Shown here: positions 17,718-30,100 of the stretch, piece by piece | How positions within the stretch are numbered: position 1 is the first letter of the stretch | Layout: every line of letters starts with the position of its first letter | NCBI RefSeq assembly: GCF_011386835.1 | Contig: NC_088794.1 | Location: forward strand, 2,852,001-2,916,000 | Reading direction: 5' to 3' | DNA: 64,000 bases | From: Chrysemys picta bellii | Lineage: Eukaryota | Made by a program: the position numbers and the translations under genes | The notes under the pieces: generated by a model | Database searches by the model: none | What the model was told of the DNA's origin: nothing | What the model saw: the letters and a program-made list of their open reading frames with translations, nothing else

Positions 17718-19204
17718 GGAAATGGAATTGCATTTGAAATCATGAGATCGCCTATAAGATTTTAACCAAATAACGTCAGAGTAAATTTCAAGGCAGGAAA
17801 TTTAACTGCCCAAGAATGTGAATTTCACCAGCAGGGGTGTTTGAAGACACTGTTCAGAAAAGAACAGAATCTATAGAGAAACCTCCTTCCCCGCCATACT
17901 GATGTTGATTACAGGGAGGTTTTGGCCTCGTACAGCTTTTTTGGCAAACCCCGTTTCTGGAAATGCTGAAGAATCGGAAATAAAGCAGCCCGTGTCACAT
18001 ACACGGCTCAGCGTCACGCTGATCACACGCACGACAAACATGTGAAAAGCACAAAGGGGCTTTGGAGGTTTTGTGAACGTACTTAGCCGGGGGGACCCTA
18101 AATCTTTGGCTCCGTCAGACGTCGGGGCGCACAGTGTACGTGGGCTCACCAGAGAATGGGGAGCAGAGACACTCGAGGAGTTAAGCCCAAGGTTAGTAGC
18201 CCACTCTTGTATGGGCTCACAAAGCCTGTGTTATCTTTGGGAGGGGGTCCCCAGAGTGCAACCCGGACTATGGGACCCCTGACCCCTCCCAACCCACCAG
18301 CCTTTCACACTGTCCCTCTCTAAGGGGCCTCGGGGAGAGTGGATCATTTTCTGATGGGCCACCCACGCCCGTCTGGCCGGCCTGTGCTGCTCCTTTGTTT
18401 GGACTGAAAGGCTGGTGCGGGCGTTCCCAACCTCACAACACACTTCAGTAGCAACTCTTGGCAATGGTAGAGTTACAAACCCCCAGGGCCTAGGGAAGGG
18501 AGGTTGTTCCGACCTCTGAACCCTCCCCAACTCTGAACCAAACGGTAGGGTTTGTTCCTTCAAAAGTTTGCAACTGAACATTGACTTCTATAGCTTGGAA
18601 ACTTTCCTCTGCCGAAGCAAAATGCTGCTTTCCCTTTCTTTGTGTTCCACACAGTATTGTTCTGTGTTTGCTTTTTTGGGCCGGGGTGTCACGGCTGCTG
18701 CCTGATTGCATGCTTCCCGTTCCAAATGAGGTGTGTGTGGTTGGCCAGTCAGTTCATAACTCTGGTGTTCGTGACTCTGCGGTTCGACTGTATTCATAAC
18801 TTCCCAACCAACGACAGCACACACGATCCAACAGGATAGCAACGCTCAACCCAGCAAGAGTTTAAACAAGAGCCCTCACAGGGCAGGCGTTGTACCAAAC
18901 CTCTCATCAGCATCTCACTGTGGTGGACCTGGGGGCTACGTGCAGGTACACAGTGGCACAGCCTTTACTCACGAAATCCGAAGTGACACTTGAGCTGTGA
19001 CAAGCTACTTAGGTGACGTCATCCCAGTACTTAGGAGATAACACTTGAGAAAAAGCAACTTTGTGGAGCGGAGAGGACCTGGCCCCCATGTCTGTGTTTT
19101 CAGGACTGCTCAGAAAGTATTCTACAAGCCGAGTTTCAGAGCTAGTGGATGTAAAACGCTGAATGAACATCTGAGTATTCCTTTATTACTCCTTTCCACT
19201 GCAG

Positions 19205-19327
19205 AGTAGTGACCAGACAGCAAGTGTAAAAAATCGGGGTGCGGGTGGGGGGTAATAGGAGCCTATACAAAAAAAAGCCCCCAAAATCGGAACTGTCGCT
19301 ATAAAATCAGGACATCTGGTCACCCTG
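19205..19327. mobile_element. Short MITE-like element
   Basis: Inverted termini GTGACCAGA (19209-19217) and TCTGGTCAC (19315-19323). Copy at ~46490-46608; a related partial copy at ~47318-47395. Confidence 0.5.
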
Positions 19328-20288
19328 CGTATTAGGAAAGAGACACCGAGTGCCCACAAAACATTGAGAGTCGTGGAAAGCCGTGGAAAGGGTACTTGAG
19401 AGAGCTCCGAATTCTGCTCACAGGCAGAAAATCAACCCTTGTGCTTTACCCAGACCCCCCACTTTTGCCACCGTCACCCAGACCGAACCCCAAGGAAACG
19501 GCACTTCCGCACCGTGGCGCACAGACGTGTCCGCACGCCGCTCTCAGATGGTGGCTCGGGCCTGTTCCCCCACTACTGAAACTCACGGGCCTCGTGTGCC
19601 CTGCGCTGTGACGTCAGGCTAGCTCCAATGCCTTCGTCGCTGCAAAACCGCACCCCGTTTTAGCCGCGAGGAACAGGCCTGTGTCTGCATCCCACAGACA
19701 GAAAATACACTGGACACACCTGGCTTCTCCTGCTGTGGGACCGCGTCAGCTCCTTTCCCAAATCCTCAGCGTCGGCGCCAAACGCAGCCCTCACAGCAGA
19801 CAGGCACTGCTCCTGCGGGGGCCGAAGAGCCGCTCGTGGGACCCGGCTGGACTTTTCCCTCCTCCCGAGACCTGACTGGCTCAGGCCTCAGGCGAATGAG
19901 CAGGACGGGTGGGAGCTGCCAGAGAGATGGCCCACAACAAAACCTGGCCATGGAAATACACACCCACACCCACACCCAGACAAAAGCATGGGTGGGACCT
20001 GCCAGCCCCCTGGGCGTTTCTGGGGTCCCGACAGCCCCCCGCTCTGCGCAGCTGCACACACGGGGTTGGCGTGAGCACCAGCTCACCAGCAGTGTCGCAG
20101 GCGATGGGTGGCTGCTGATGGCGGGGGCACAATGGCAGGGCCCCCCCTCGCCATCACAGCCATGCTCAGCTTCTTGGGGACGGCCAGGGCACCCTCCAGC
20201 AGCACCCCGGGCGGGCGCCCACCCTCAACGCCCACACAGCCTGGATCGGCCATAGGGAAAATGGTGCCCTGGCCCCCGCTGGCCCCCT

Positions 20289-20788
20289 NNNNNNNNNNNN
20301 NNNNNNNNNNNNNNNNNNNNNNNNNNNNNNNNNNNNNNNNNNNNNNNNNNNNNNNNNNNNNNNNNNNNNNNNNNNNNNNNNNNNNNNNNNNNNNNNNNNN
20401 NNNNNNNNNNNNNNNNNNNNNNNNNNNNNNNNNNNNNNNNNNNNNNNNNNNNNNNNNNNNNNNNNNNNNNNNNNNNNNNNNNNNNNNNNNNNNNNNNNNN
20501 NNNNNNNNNNNNNNNNNNNNNNNNNNNNNNNNNNNNNNNNNNNNNNNNNNNNNNNNNNNNNNNNNNNNNNNNNNNNNNNNNNNNNNNNNNNNNNNNNNNN
20601 NNNNNNNNNNNNNNNNNNNNNNNNNNNNNNNNNNNNNNNNNNNNNNNNNNNNNNNNNNNNNNNNNNNNNNNNNNNNNNNNNNNNNNNNNNNNNNNNNNNN
20701 NNNNNNNNNNNNNNNNNNNNNNNNNNNNNNNNNNNNNNNNNNNNNNNNNNNNNNNNNNNNNNNNNNNNNNNNNNNNNNNNNNNNNNNN
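20289..20788. other. Assembly gap (500 N) between the duplicated blocks
   Basis: Run of exactly 500 N. Confidence 1.
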
Positions 20789-21153
20789 TTCCGGTTAAGA
20801 CTTGAGGGGGACACGCCCCACACCCCTGGAAAAGCGCTTGGAGGGAGGGGTGTACCTGTTTGTTCCACCGATGGGAGGGGAGGACACAGAAAAGAGCAGG
20901 GGAGGGAGCACAGTAGTCGTTTGGCTTTCAAAGTCGTTAAGCAGGTCCCCTCCTGGCAGAAGGAAGATTGTGGGGCGCCCCCTGGAGGCTAGCTCAGAGC
21001 TCAACCCTCTCTTGTCCTTTAGATTCCAGCTTCCTCCCAGCCAGCGACCCCACCCCCATCTGAGTCTCCCCACCCCTTGGTCCTTGGCTGAATCTGTGGT
21101 GGGTCGGAGGCAGCAGGGGCCCCCCCGCTGTCCCGCCCCCACCTCTCCCCAGC

Positions 21154-24100
21154 TCAGAAGTAAGTGTCCTGCAGCACAGAGCCTGCTGGGGGATCCCCTT
21201 CTTGCCCCCCGTCCTCGGCACGGGGCGGGGCTTTGGCCTCCTTCCGGCGCATGGAGACCTTCCTCTCTTTCTTCTGCTTGGCCTCCTCCTTGGCGCGCTC
21301 CTTCTGCTGCTTCCGCTCCAGCTTTTCCTTCTCCTTCTTCTCCTGCTTCTCCCGCTCCTTCTGCAGCCGCTCCCGCTCCTTCTCCTGCTTCTCCCGCTCC
21401 TTCTGCAGCCGCTCCCGCTCCTTCTCCTTCTTCTTCTCCTTCGCTCCCCCCTTCTTGGGGCCCCCCAGCGGCGTGTTGTTCCCCGTGGGGGAGGGCAGAA
21501 CAGGGTGGAGCCCTTCCGACACCACCTGGCCTGGGGCAGCGGCTGGAGCGGGGGCAGCAGAGACGGCCAGGATGCCCCACGGGGTGGGCAGGGGAGAAGT
21601 TGCTCCCCGCACTTGCCCCACTGCCGCCGCGGGCCGCCCGCTGTTTGAAGCCGGTGAGGCTAAGCAGGCTGGCGCTGGAGGTCAGCGGGGGGTTCATGCG
21701 GTGACACTCTTCGTGGATGGCACGGGAGCCGTGGAGGCGGCGGGAGGGTTTATACTGCAGCTCCCCGCGGGTCTCGCGCCACTTCTTGAGCTGCGTGGCG
21801 TTCTCACGCTCAATCAATGCTTCCGTCACGGGCAGGCTCACCACCTGGGGGCGGGAGGCGCAGGTCAGACACCGGCGGCACAGTGCCCTCTAGAACTAGC
21901 TTGGGATCTGCACCGACCCAGAGCGCCCCCTACTGGGTAATCCGCGCCCCCATCCCCTGCAGCACAGCACCCCCTAGTGCAGGGGTGGGCAAACTACGGC
22001 TCACCAGCCGTTTTAAGCCGGCCCGCAAGCTCCCGCTGGGGAGCGGGGTCTGGGCTTGCCCAGCTCCGGCCAGGGCGCTGGGTCAGGGGCCGTACCATGC
22101 GGCTCCTGGAAGCCGTGGCATGGCCTGCTCCGGTTCCTACGTGCTCCAATGGCCCCATCCAGTGCTCCAATGGGAGCTGCAGGGGCGGTGCCTGCAGACG
22201 GGGCAGCGTGCAGAGCCGCCTGGCCGCGCCTCTGCGTAGGAGCTGGAGAAGGGACAAGCTGCTGCTTCCGGGAGCTGCGTGAGGTAAGCGGCGCCTGATG
22301 CCTGCACCTCTGAGCCTCTCCCCATGCCCCAACCCCCTGCCCCAGCCATGATCCCCCTCCACCCTCCGAACCCCGCGATCCCAGCCCGGAGCACCCTCCT
22401 GCACCCCAAACCTCCCAGTCCCACCCCAGAGCCTGCACCCTACCCCAATCCCCCTCGGTCCCAGCCCAGAGCCACCTCCTACACCCCAAACCCCAACTCC
22501 AATTGTGTGAGCATTCATGGCCCGCCATACAATTTGTATTCCCCGACGTAGCCCTTGGGCCAAAACCTTTGCCCACCCCTGCCCTACTGCCGCACTGGGG
22601 AAGGCACCAACTGCCAGGGGAGAGCCCGTACTCACTCCCTGAAGCTCAGCGCCCTCGGGTGTCGGGGCAGCCTTGACTGCCAGGGGAGAGCGCCCCCTGC
22701 TGAGTCCCTGCCCCGCCCCCTAGTGCCGCATTGGGGCCAGCTCTGACTGCTACGGGAGAGTGCCCCCTGCTGAGCCATGGTGGTCTCCCTTCCACATCCT
22801 GACCCAGCCAGGCCCTTACTCAGCACCGTCGGGGCGGGGCTCACCTCCTGGATGAGGAAGTCCTCTTGCATGCTCTGAGCTGGCAGGTTGCGCAGCTTCT
22901 CCATGGTTTCATACATGCCTTGGCAGCTGCGCAGCTTGTCCACCGAGCCCAGAGCGTTGCGGAGAAGGACCAGGCCCACCCGGAAGACGATCTTCACCCC
23001 TGGGGTGGGGAAAGGGTAGAGAGACTGGTGTGAGTCATGGGGTTTCAGGGACCTGGTGCTGGGTGTCAGCCATGCACACACATGGAGGAGAGCGGAAGTG
23101 GGGTCAGCTGGATGGATAGTTGGGTTGGAAGGGACGTCTGGGTTGATGGATTAGGTTGCGTTGGATAGGATGACTGGGTTGGGTTGGGTTGGGTTGGACG
23201 GGATGGTTGAGTTGATGGAAGATGAGTTAACAGATTGGGTTGATACAGTGCGTTGGGTTGAACGCATGGTCGATATGTGTTGGGTTGATCAGATGGATGG
23301 TTGGTTTGGAGGGACTGGGTTGGATTGGTTGTATAGAGTGGTTGAGGGGTGGACGGTTTGTTCGACGGTTGGTTGGTGCGATGGCTGGGTTAGATGGATC
23401 AATGGATGGTTGGCTGGTTGGGTTGGATGGGGAATGGGTGGATTGGTCAGATGTATGGATGAGGGGTGGGTTGGATGGTCAGATGGCTGGACAGTGGGTT
23501 GGATGGGACAGTTGGATGGATAGGAAATGGGTTGGGCTGGTCAGGAGATGATGGATGGATGGTTGTCGGATGGATGGCTAGTTGGGATGGGACGATGGAT
23601 GGATGGTTGGTAGGGTTGGACTGGTCAGGAAGATGGATGGTTGGCTGGGATGGGAGATCGGTTGGCCTGATCAGATAGATGGGATGGCTGGATGGAGGCA
23701 GGATGGTTGGTCACATGGATGGATGGTACCATTGGTCAGGTGGAGGGATGGTTGGCTTGATGCACAGATGGGACAGCTGGATGGACAGGGAATGGGTTGG
23801 GTTGGTCGGACGGATGGCTGGCTGGTTGGGTTGGGACGATGGATGGGTGGGTTGGTCAGACGAATGGATGGAGAATGGGTTGGGTTGGTCAGACGAATGG
23901 ATGGGGTTGGTCAGATGGCTGGCTGGTTGGGATGGGATGATGGATGGTTGGGTTGGTCGGATGGATGGAGAATGGGTTGGGTTGGTTGGATGGACGGCTG
24001 GCTGGTTGGGATGAGATGATGGCTGGTTGGGTTGGTCGGATGGATGGTCGGATAGATGGAGAATGGGTTGGGTTGGTTGGATGGATGGGTTGGGTTGGTT

Positions 24101-27100
24101 GGATGGATAGATGGATGGGTCAGACGGATGGATAGCTGGTTGGGATGGGATGCTGGAGAATGGGTTGGTCTGGTCGGATGGAGAATGGGTTGGGTTGGTC
24201 GGATGGATGGATGGCTGGTTGGGATAGGATGGGATGATGGATGGATGGCTGGGTTGGTCGGATTCATGGTCGGATAGATGGAGAATGGGTTGGGTTGGGT
24301 TGGTTGGTTGGATGGATGGATGGGTTGGGTTGGGTTGGGTTGGGTTGGGTTGGTTGGATGGCTGGCTGGGATGGGACGATGGATGGTTGGATTGGTCAGA
24401 CGGATGGATAGCTGGTTGGGATGGGATGCTGGAGAATGGGTTGGGCTGGTCGGATGGAGAATGGGTTGGGTTGGGTTGGTCGGATGGATGGATGGAAAAT
24501 GGGTTGGGACGATGGATGGTTGGATTGGTCAGACAGATGGCTGGCTGGTTGGGATGGGATGGGATGATGGAGAATGGGTTGGGTTGGTCGGATGGATGGA
24601 TGGAGAATGGGTTGGGTTGGTCGGATGGCTGGTTGGGATAGGTTGATGGCTGGTTGGGTTGGTCGGATGGATGGGTGGAAAATGGGTTGGGTTGTTCGGA
24701 TGGATGGATGGAAAATGGGATGGGATGATGGATGGTTGGATTGGTCAGACAGATGGATTGGGAATGGGTTGGCTTGGTCAGACGGTTGCATGGCTGGTTG
24801 GGATGGGATGGTGGATGGTTGGCTTGGTCGGATGAATGGATGGAGAATGGGTTGGCTTGGTCGGATGGATGGATGGATGGATGGAGAATGGGTTCGGTTG
24901 GGATGGGACAATGGACTGAGTTGGAGGGTTGGTTTGGTTTGGTTTGATTGGCTGGTTGGACTGAATTGGCTGATGGATTTTGCTGGAAGTGACACTCATA
25001 CAGAGGGCTGGACGGACATACAGAATGGGGGGACATCTCACCCTCGCAGAAGGAACATATCCCAGACGCGCAGCACAGAAGCCCAGGGCAGGGTGCGGGA
25101 GAAGATACACATGAACCACTCCGTCATGTAGAGGATGGGGTCGATCTTGTATTTCTTCAGGTGCCGATAGGCCATGGGGGATGCCCGGCGCAGCAGGGGC
25201 AAAGAAGATCTCTCCATCCAGCTGGATGGCTTCCTGCCGGGGGGAGGGGAACACATTAGCCCCCGCCCCACCTGCTGTCCCACCCCATCCCCAAACACGC
25301 TCCTCTGTCCCCCATCCCCCAACACTCCCCTTTCAACTCCATTCCTCACTGCTCTCCCCCACAAGGCTCCACATTCGCTGCCATCAACCCCTCTCCTTCC
25401 CCATATGCTCCTCCCTGTCCCCATCCCCCAACACCAACACAACCCTCTCCACCAGTGATCACTCGGCAGAATCCCCTCCCAGAGAGGGGGAGGCCGACCC
25501 CAGCCCCGAGACCACCCTGCCCTGCTCCACCAGCGGTGGTGCTACTCACCAGCCCGGCGCTGTAATAACCTGGCAGGTACTTCTCACAGATCTGCACCAG
25601 ACACCAGAAGGCTTGCTGCGGGGATGGAGAGAAGGGAGAGACATCAGACAGACAGAACCTAGAGACCAAGAGACGCAACGGACACCAGAGAGAGAGGCTC
25701 CAGCCCCAGGGCATATCTGTGCTACAGCGGTACCACTATGGTGTCCTACGTCCACAGACGGGGTTTCTCCCCTCCATGTGGTTAATCCAGCTCCTTCTGT
25801 CGACCGAGCCACGTCTACCCTGGGGCTTAGGTCGACCTCACTGTGGTGCTCAGAGTGAGATTTTCCCAGCCCAGAGCGACACAGCTAGGTCACTTGAAGT
25901 TTGAGGTGTAGACCAGGTCTCAGACACCCCCAGAGAGGAGACCCAGACACACACCTAGGAGACGTTTACACACACAAAGGCATGTTCCTAACCCACATTA
26001 GCTAACTCAGATGGAAACAGCAGGTGCGGCGTTACTGGTATTTTAACCCCAGCTAGCTCCCGCGGGTTAACACACACACTGAGGTTTTTGCAGTGCAGAC
26101 GCGCCCTAAGCGAGTCCCAGGCACACCCACAGCCAGAGTCAGACAACGCAGGAATGGCGGAAGAAGGGGGGGAAACCCCCAACATGTGTGACAGGGGAAC
26201 GAAGATGCACGCAGCGGACAGACTGACCAGACTGGGATGGACAGAGCAACAGACCACGCTTCGGGCTGGAGAGAGAGAGAGGAAGAAATGGGAGCCGGAA
26301 AACAGACACACAAAACACAATCATGCAATAGAGACATGGACAGACGGACAAAATGCACAGATGCTATGTCAGATGGGAGGGGTATTGCCCAGAGGAGGGG
26401 ACAGAACCCAGGAGTCCTGGCCCTCGGCCTCCCCAGCTCTAACCACTAGACCCCACTCCTCTCCCAGAGCTGGGGAGAGAACCCTGGAGTCCTGGCTCCC
26501 AGCCCCAAATCCAAGAAGTGCCCGGAGATAAAACCAGCCAGACATGTAAGAAGCAAGAGGAGATCGGGGGAGGCGCCACGCTGGGGCTTTCCCAAAGGGA
26601 AGACAGGGCTCTCGCTCAGCCACGGGGGGCGCTAGAGGGCTCCTCGTACCTCAGCGGGCATGTGCATCAGCAGGACAGCAGCCACGGGGGCCTGGGCCTG
26701 GCAGTACCCTTCGTCGGGCCGGTAAATGGTGTAGGCCTTTAGGATGCGGTACAAGTCCTGCTGCCTGTGGGCAGGAAAGGGACGGGGGTTAGACACACAG
26801 AGGGGCCTTGTCCCTAGGGGGCGCTGGCTCCAGCCCCAGGGCGGGACCGGCTGGCTCAGGGGATGGGGGATGGGACACAGACCTTGCCCCTAGGGGGCAC
26901 TGGCTCCAGCCCCAGGGCGGGACCGGCTGGCTCAGGGGATGGGACACGGGGCCTGTCCCTCTAGGGGGCGCCGGCTCCAGCCCCAGGGCGGGACTGGCCG
27001 GCTCAGGGGATGGGACACGGGGCCTGTCCCCTCTAGGGGGCGCCGGCTCCAGCCCCAGGGCAGGACCGGCCGGCTCAGGGGATGGGACACGGGGCCTGTC

Positions 27101-30100
27101 CCCTCTAGGGGGCGCCGGCTCCAGCCCCAGGGCGGGACCGGCTGGCTCAGGGGATGGGACACGGGGCCTTGCCCTCTAGGGGGCGCCGGCTCCAGCCCCA
27201 GGGCGGGACCGGCCGGCTCAGGGGATGGGACACGGGGCCTGTCCCCTCTAGGGGGCGCCGGCTCCAGCCCCAGGGCGGGACTGGCCGGCTCAGGGGATGG
27301 GACACGGGGCCTGTCCCCTCTAGGGGGCGCTGACTCCAGCCCCAGGGCGGGACCGGCTGGCTCAGGGGATGGGACACGGGGCCTGTCCCCTCTAGGGGGC
27401 GCCGGCTCCAGCCCCAGGGCGGGACCGGCTGGCTCAGGGGATGGGACACAGACCTTGCCCCTAGGGGGCGCCGGCTCCGATCCAGCTCAGGAAAGGGACT
27501 AGGAGGTTCTGGTGCAATGGAGGCTCCCCCCCGTCACTCACCCATGGCCTCCCCTGGCGGCAAACATCTCGTGGAAGGGGAACTGCCGGTGCAGATCCTT
27601 TTCTATCACATCCAGCCACTTGGGGTCCCCGGGCTGGCGCTCCAGCTCCTAGGAGTCACGGGGACAGGGGTGAGACTCTGCCCGTCACCCCCCTGCCTCT
27701 CCCCGCCCCCCAAAACCACCCCGGAGGGGGAGGCCACGCACCTCAAATTTGCTGGGGTTCTGCTCCAGGAGCTCCTTGCTGTTCGACAGCAGCTGCCAGG
27801 CTTTGGCACGGAGAGACGAGGGGATCCCCTTCCGACAGCGCAGCTTCACCTGCCAAACAAGAGCCCCTGTGTTCGCACCGTGCAGCGCCCCCTGCTGGGG
27901 GGGAGCCAGCGCCCCTCGTCCTCCCCACAGCGCCCCCTGCTGGGGGGGGAGCCAGCGCCCCTCATCCTCCCCACAGCGCCCCCTGCTGGGGGGGAGCCAG
28001 CGCCCCTCGTCCTCCCCACAGCGCCCCCTGCTGGGGGGGAGCCAGCGCCCCTCGTCCTCCCCACAGCGCCCCCTGCTGGGGGGGAGGAAGCCAGCGCCCC
28101 TCGTCCTCCCCACAGCGCCCCCTGCTGGGGGGGGGGGGAAGCCAGCGCCCCTCGTCCTCCCCACAGCGCCCCCTGCTGGGGGGGGGGGGAAGCCAGCGCC
28201 CCTCGTCCTCCCCACAGCGCCCCCTGCTGGGGGGGGGGGGAAGCCAGCGCCCCTCGTCCTCCCCACAGCGCCCCCTGCTCGGCGAGGCCAGAGTAGCCGG
28301 GAGCTCCCCCCCACAGCCAGCGCCCCGCCCCCTCCCCACAGCCAGCGCCCCGCCCCCTCCCCACAGCGCCCCCTGCTGGGACAGGCCGGGCTGGAGCAGC
28401 CGGAAGCTCCCCCCACAGCCAGCCCCCCGCCCCCTCCCCACAGCACCCCCTGCTGGGCGAGGCCGGGGCTGTGGAAGCTACTCACCTTCTGGAATCGCCG
28501 CGAGAGCCATTTATCCCAATGGGAAAACATATCAAGCCATTTGAGCTCCCGCTGCCGCGCCACGTCCACCGGGATGGCGCTCTCCCTGCGGGGGGGGGGC
28601 AGGAGAGAGGGGATCAGAGACACGGCGCAGCCACACCCCACCGGCCAGGGACAGCGAGCTTCCCCACAGCAGTGCCCTGGAGAGAGAGCGGGGCTGTGGC
28701 GCTGGGAGCTTCCCCACCCAGAGGAGGACAAGGGAGGGGACAGGGGGGCAGGAAGGAGACTACCCCCGCTGGGGTACGTCAGCTCCCAGCCTGCAACGGG
28801 AACTGGGGCCCGATCAAGCCATCTAGGTTGTTAGTAATTATAATAGGGACCTCGGCTTCCCCTCACAGCCCTGCCGGTGCCCCTCACTCCCGACCCGCAG
28901 CCCCTGCTAGCCCAGCCCTGCCCCCCCAGCTCTGCCAGTGCCCCTCACTCCCGACCTGCAGCCCCTGCTAGCCCAGCCCTGGGTTCCCCTGCCCCCCAGC
29001 TCTACCAAAGCTCCATCCCAGGGATGTGATGGGCGGGCTTGACTGCGAAGTGAAATTAACAAGGCCCAGAGTGAAACAGACCAGCCCAGTTTCCATTCCC
29101 CTGGCAGGAAGAAGGAAACACGGAGGGGCCCAAACGATTCTGTGGCCGATTGAGCCAGGAAGATTCTGCTCCAGCCCCGCAGCAGCAGCCCCAGAGCTCT
29201 CAGTTCCCACTTCAAAACCCCTCGTGCTGCTGCTTCCCAAGCAGCCCCCCGCCTCTTCCGCTGCGCTGTCCTCTTCCCTGAGCCCTGCAAAGGGGGAGAC
29301 CCAGCCCCAGGCGGGAACCGGCTGGCTCAGGGGGAAGGGGAATGGGACGCGGAGCCTTTCCCCTCTAGATGAAAACCGTGGAAGCTATCCCAAGCTGATG
29401 CCTTGGCATGTGATGAGTCTGCTGGGTCTCAGCCAATGCGTCCCCAGCCTCTCCATTCCCTCCCCATGGGTGATGACCAGGCCCCCCAGCAGCCTCACCA
29501 GACAGGCCAAGGGCAGAACAGTACATGGAGGAGGCCCTGGGGTATGTGTGTGTGTGGGGGGGACAGACTGAGCTCGGACTCCACAGGACCTGGGTAGGGA
29601 GTGGATGGGCGGGGGGAGGGCGGAGAAACAGGAAGAGCAGGGAGGGGAAACAGGAAGTGGTGGCTTGGGGCTGCCTCATTGAGAAACTCAGGAAGGGAAG
29701 CGGGGGCGTTCGCATGAGCACGGGGCGGGGGGAGGGAGATGTGGGGAGATGCCCCTTCTACGCCATCTCCCCCCACTGCAGAGCTGTGTCTGGAGGGTCT
29801 GTCTCCCTGCACGTATCAGCCCCTCCCCACCCTAAGTCTCTCCCCCACGGCCCAGCCCCCGCAAGGCCCAGTCTCTCCCCCCACGGATCGGCCCAGTCTC
29901 CCCCACCAGCATCAGCCCCTCCCCACCCAAGCCCCATACACACACCCAAGTGTCCCCCCATATCTATACCTGGGCCCAATATCCCTACCTCTTCCCCCGG
30001 CCCCCGCTCAGTCCTTCCCTAACAGGCCCAGGTTCTGCTCCGCACCCCCTCTGATCTGGCCCCTCATCCTGGTCTCTCCCCGCTCCCTTCCCCGCCTGGA

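Noticed and set aside
20083-20992. ORFs of 282-294 aa spanning 20083-20992
   Set aside because: They are artefacts of translating through the 500-N gap; the same applies to ORFs crossing 7751-7970 and 53634-54133.
23161-25131. Long W/G/M/D-rich and P/H/Q-rich ORFs (up to 441 aa)
   Set aside because: They are translations of the GGATG/GGTTG simple repeat inside TBC1D10B intron 7, with no domain or splice support.
25700-26110. Possible gtctac/gtagac-terminated MITE fragments in TBC1D10B intron 5
   Set aside because: Termini and TSD could not be defined with confidence from the sequence alone.
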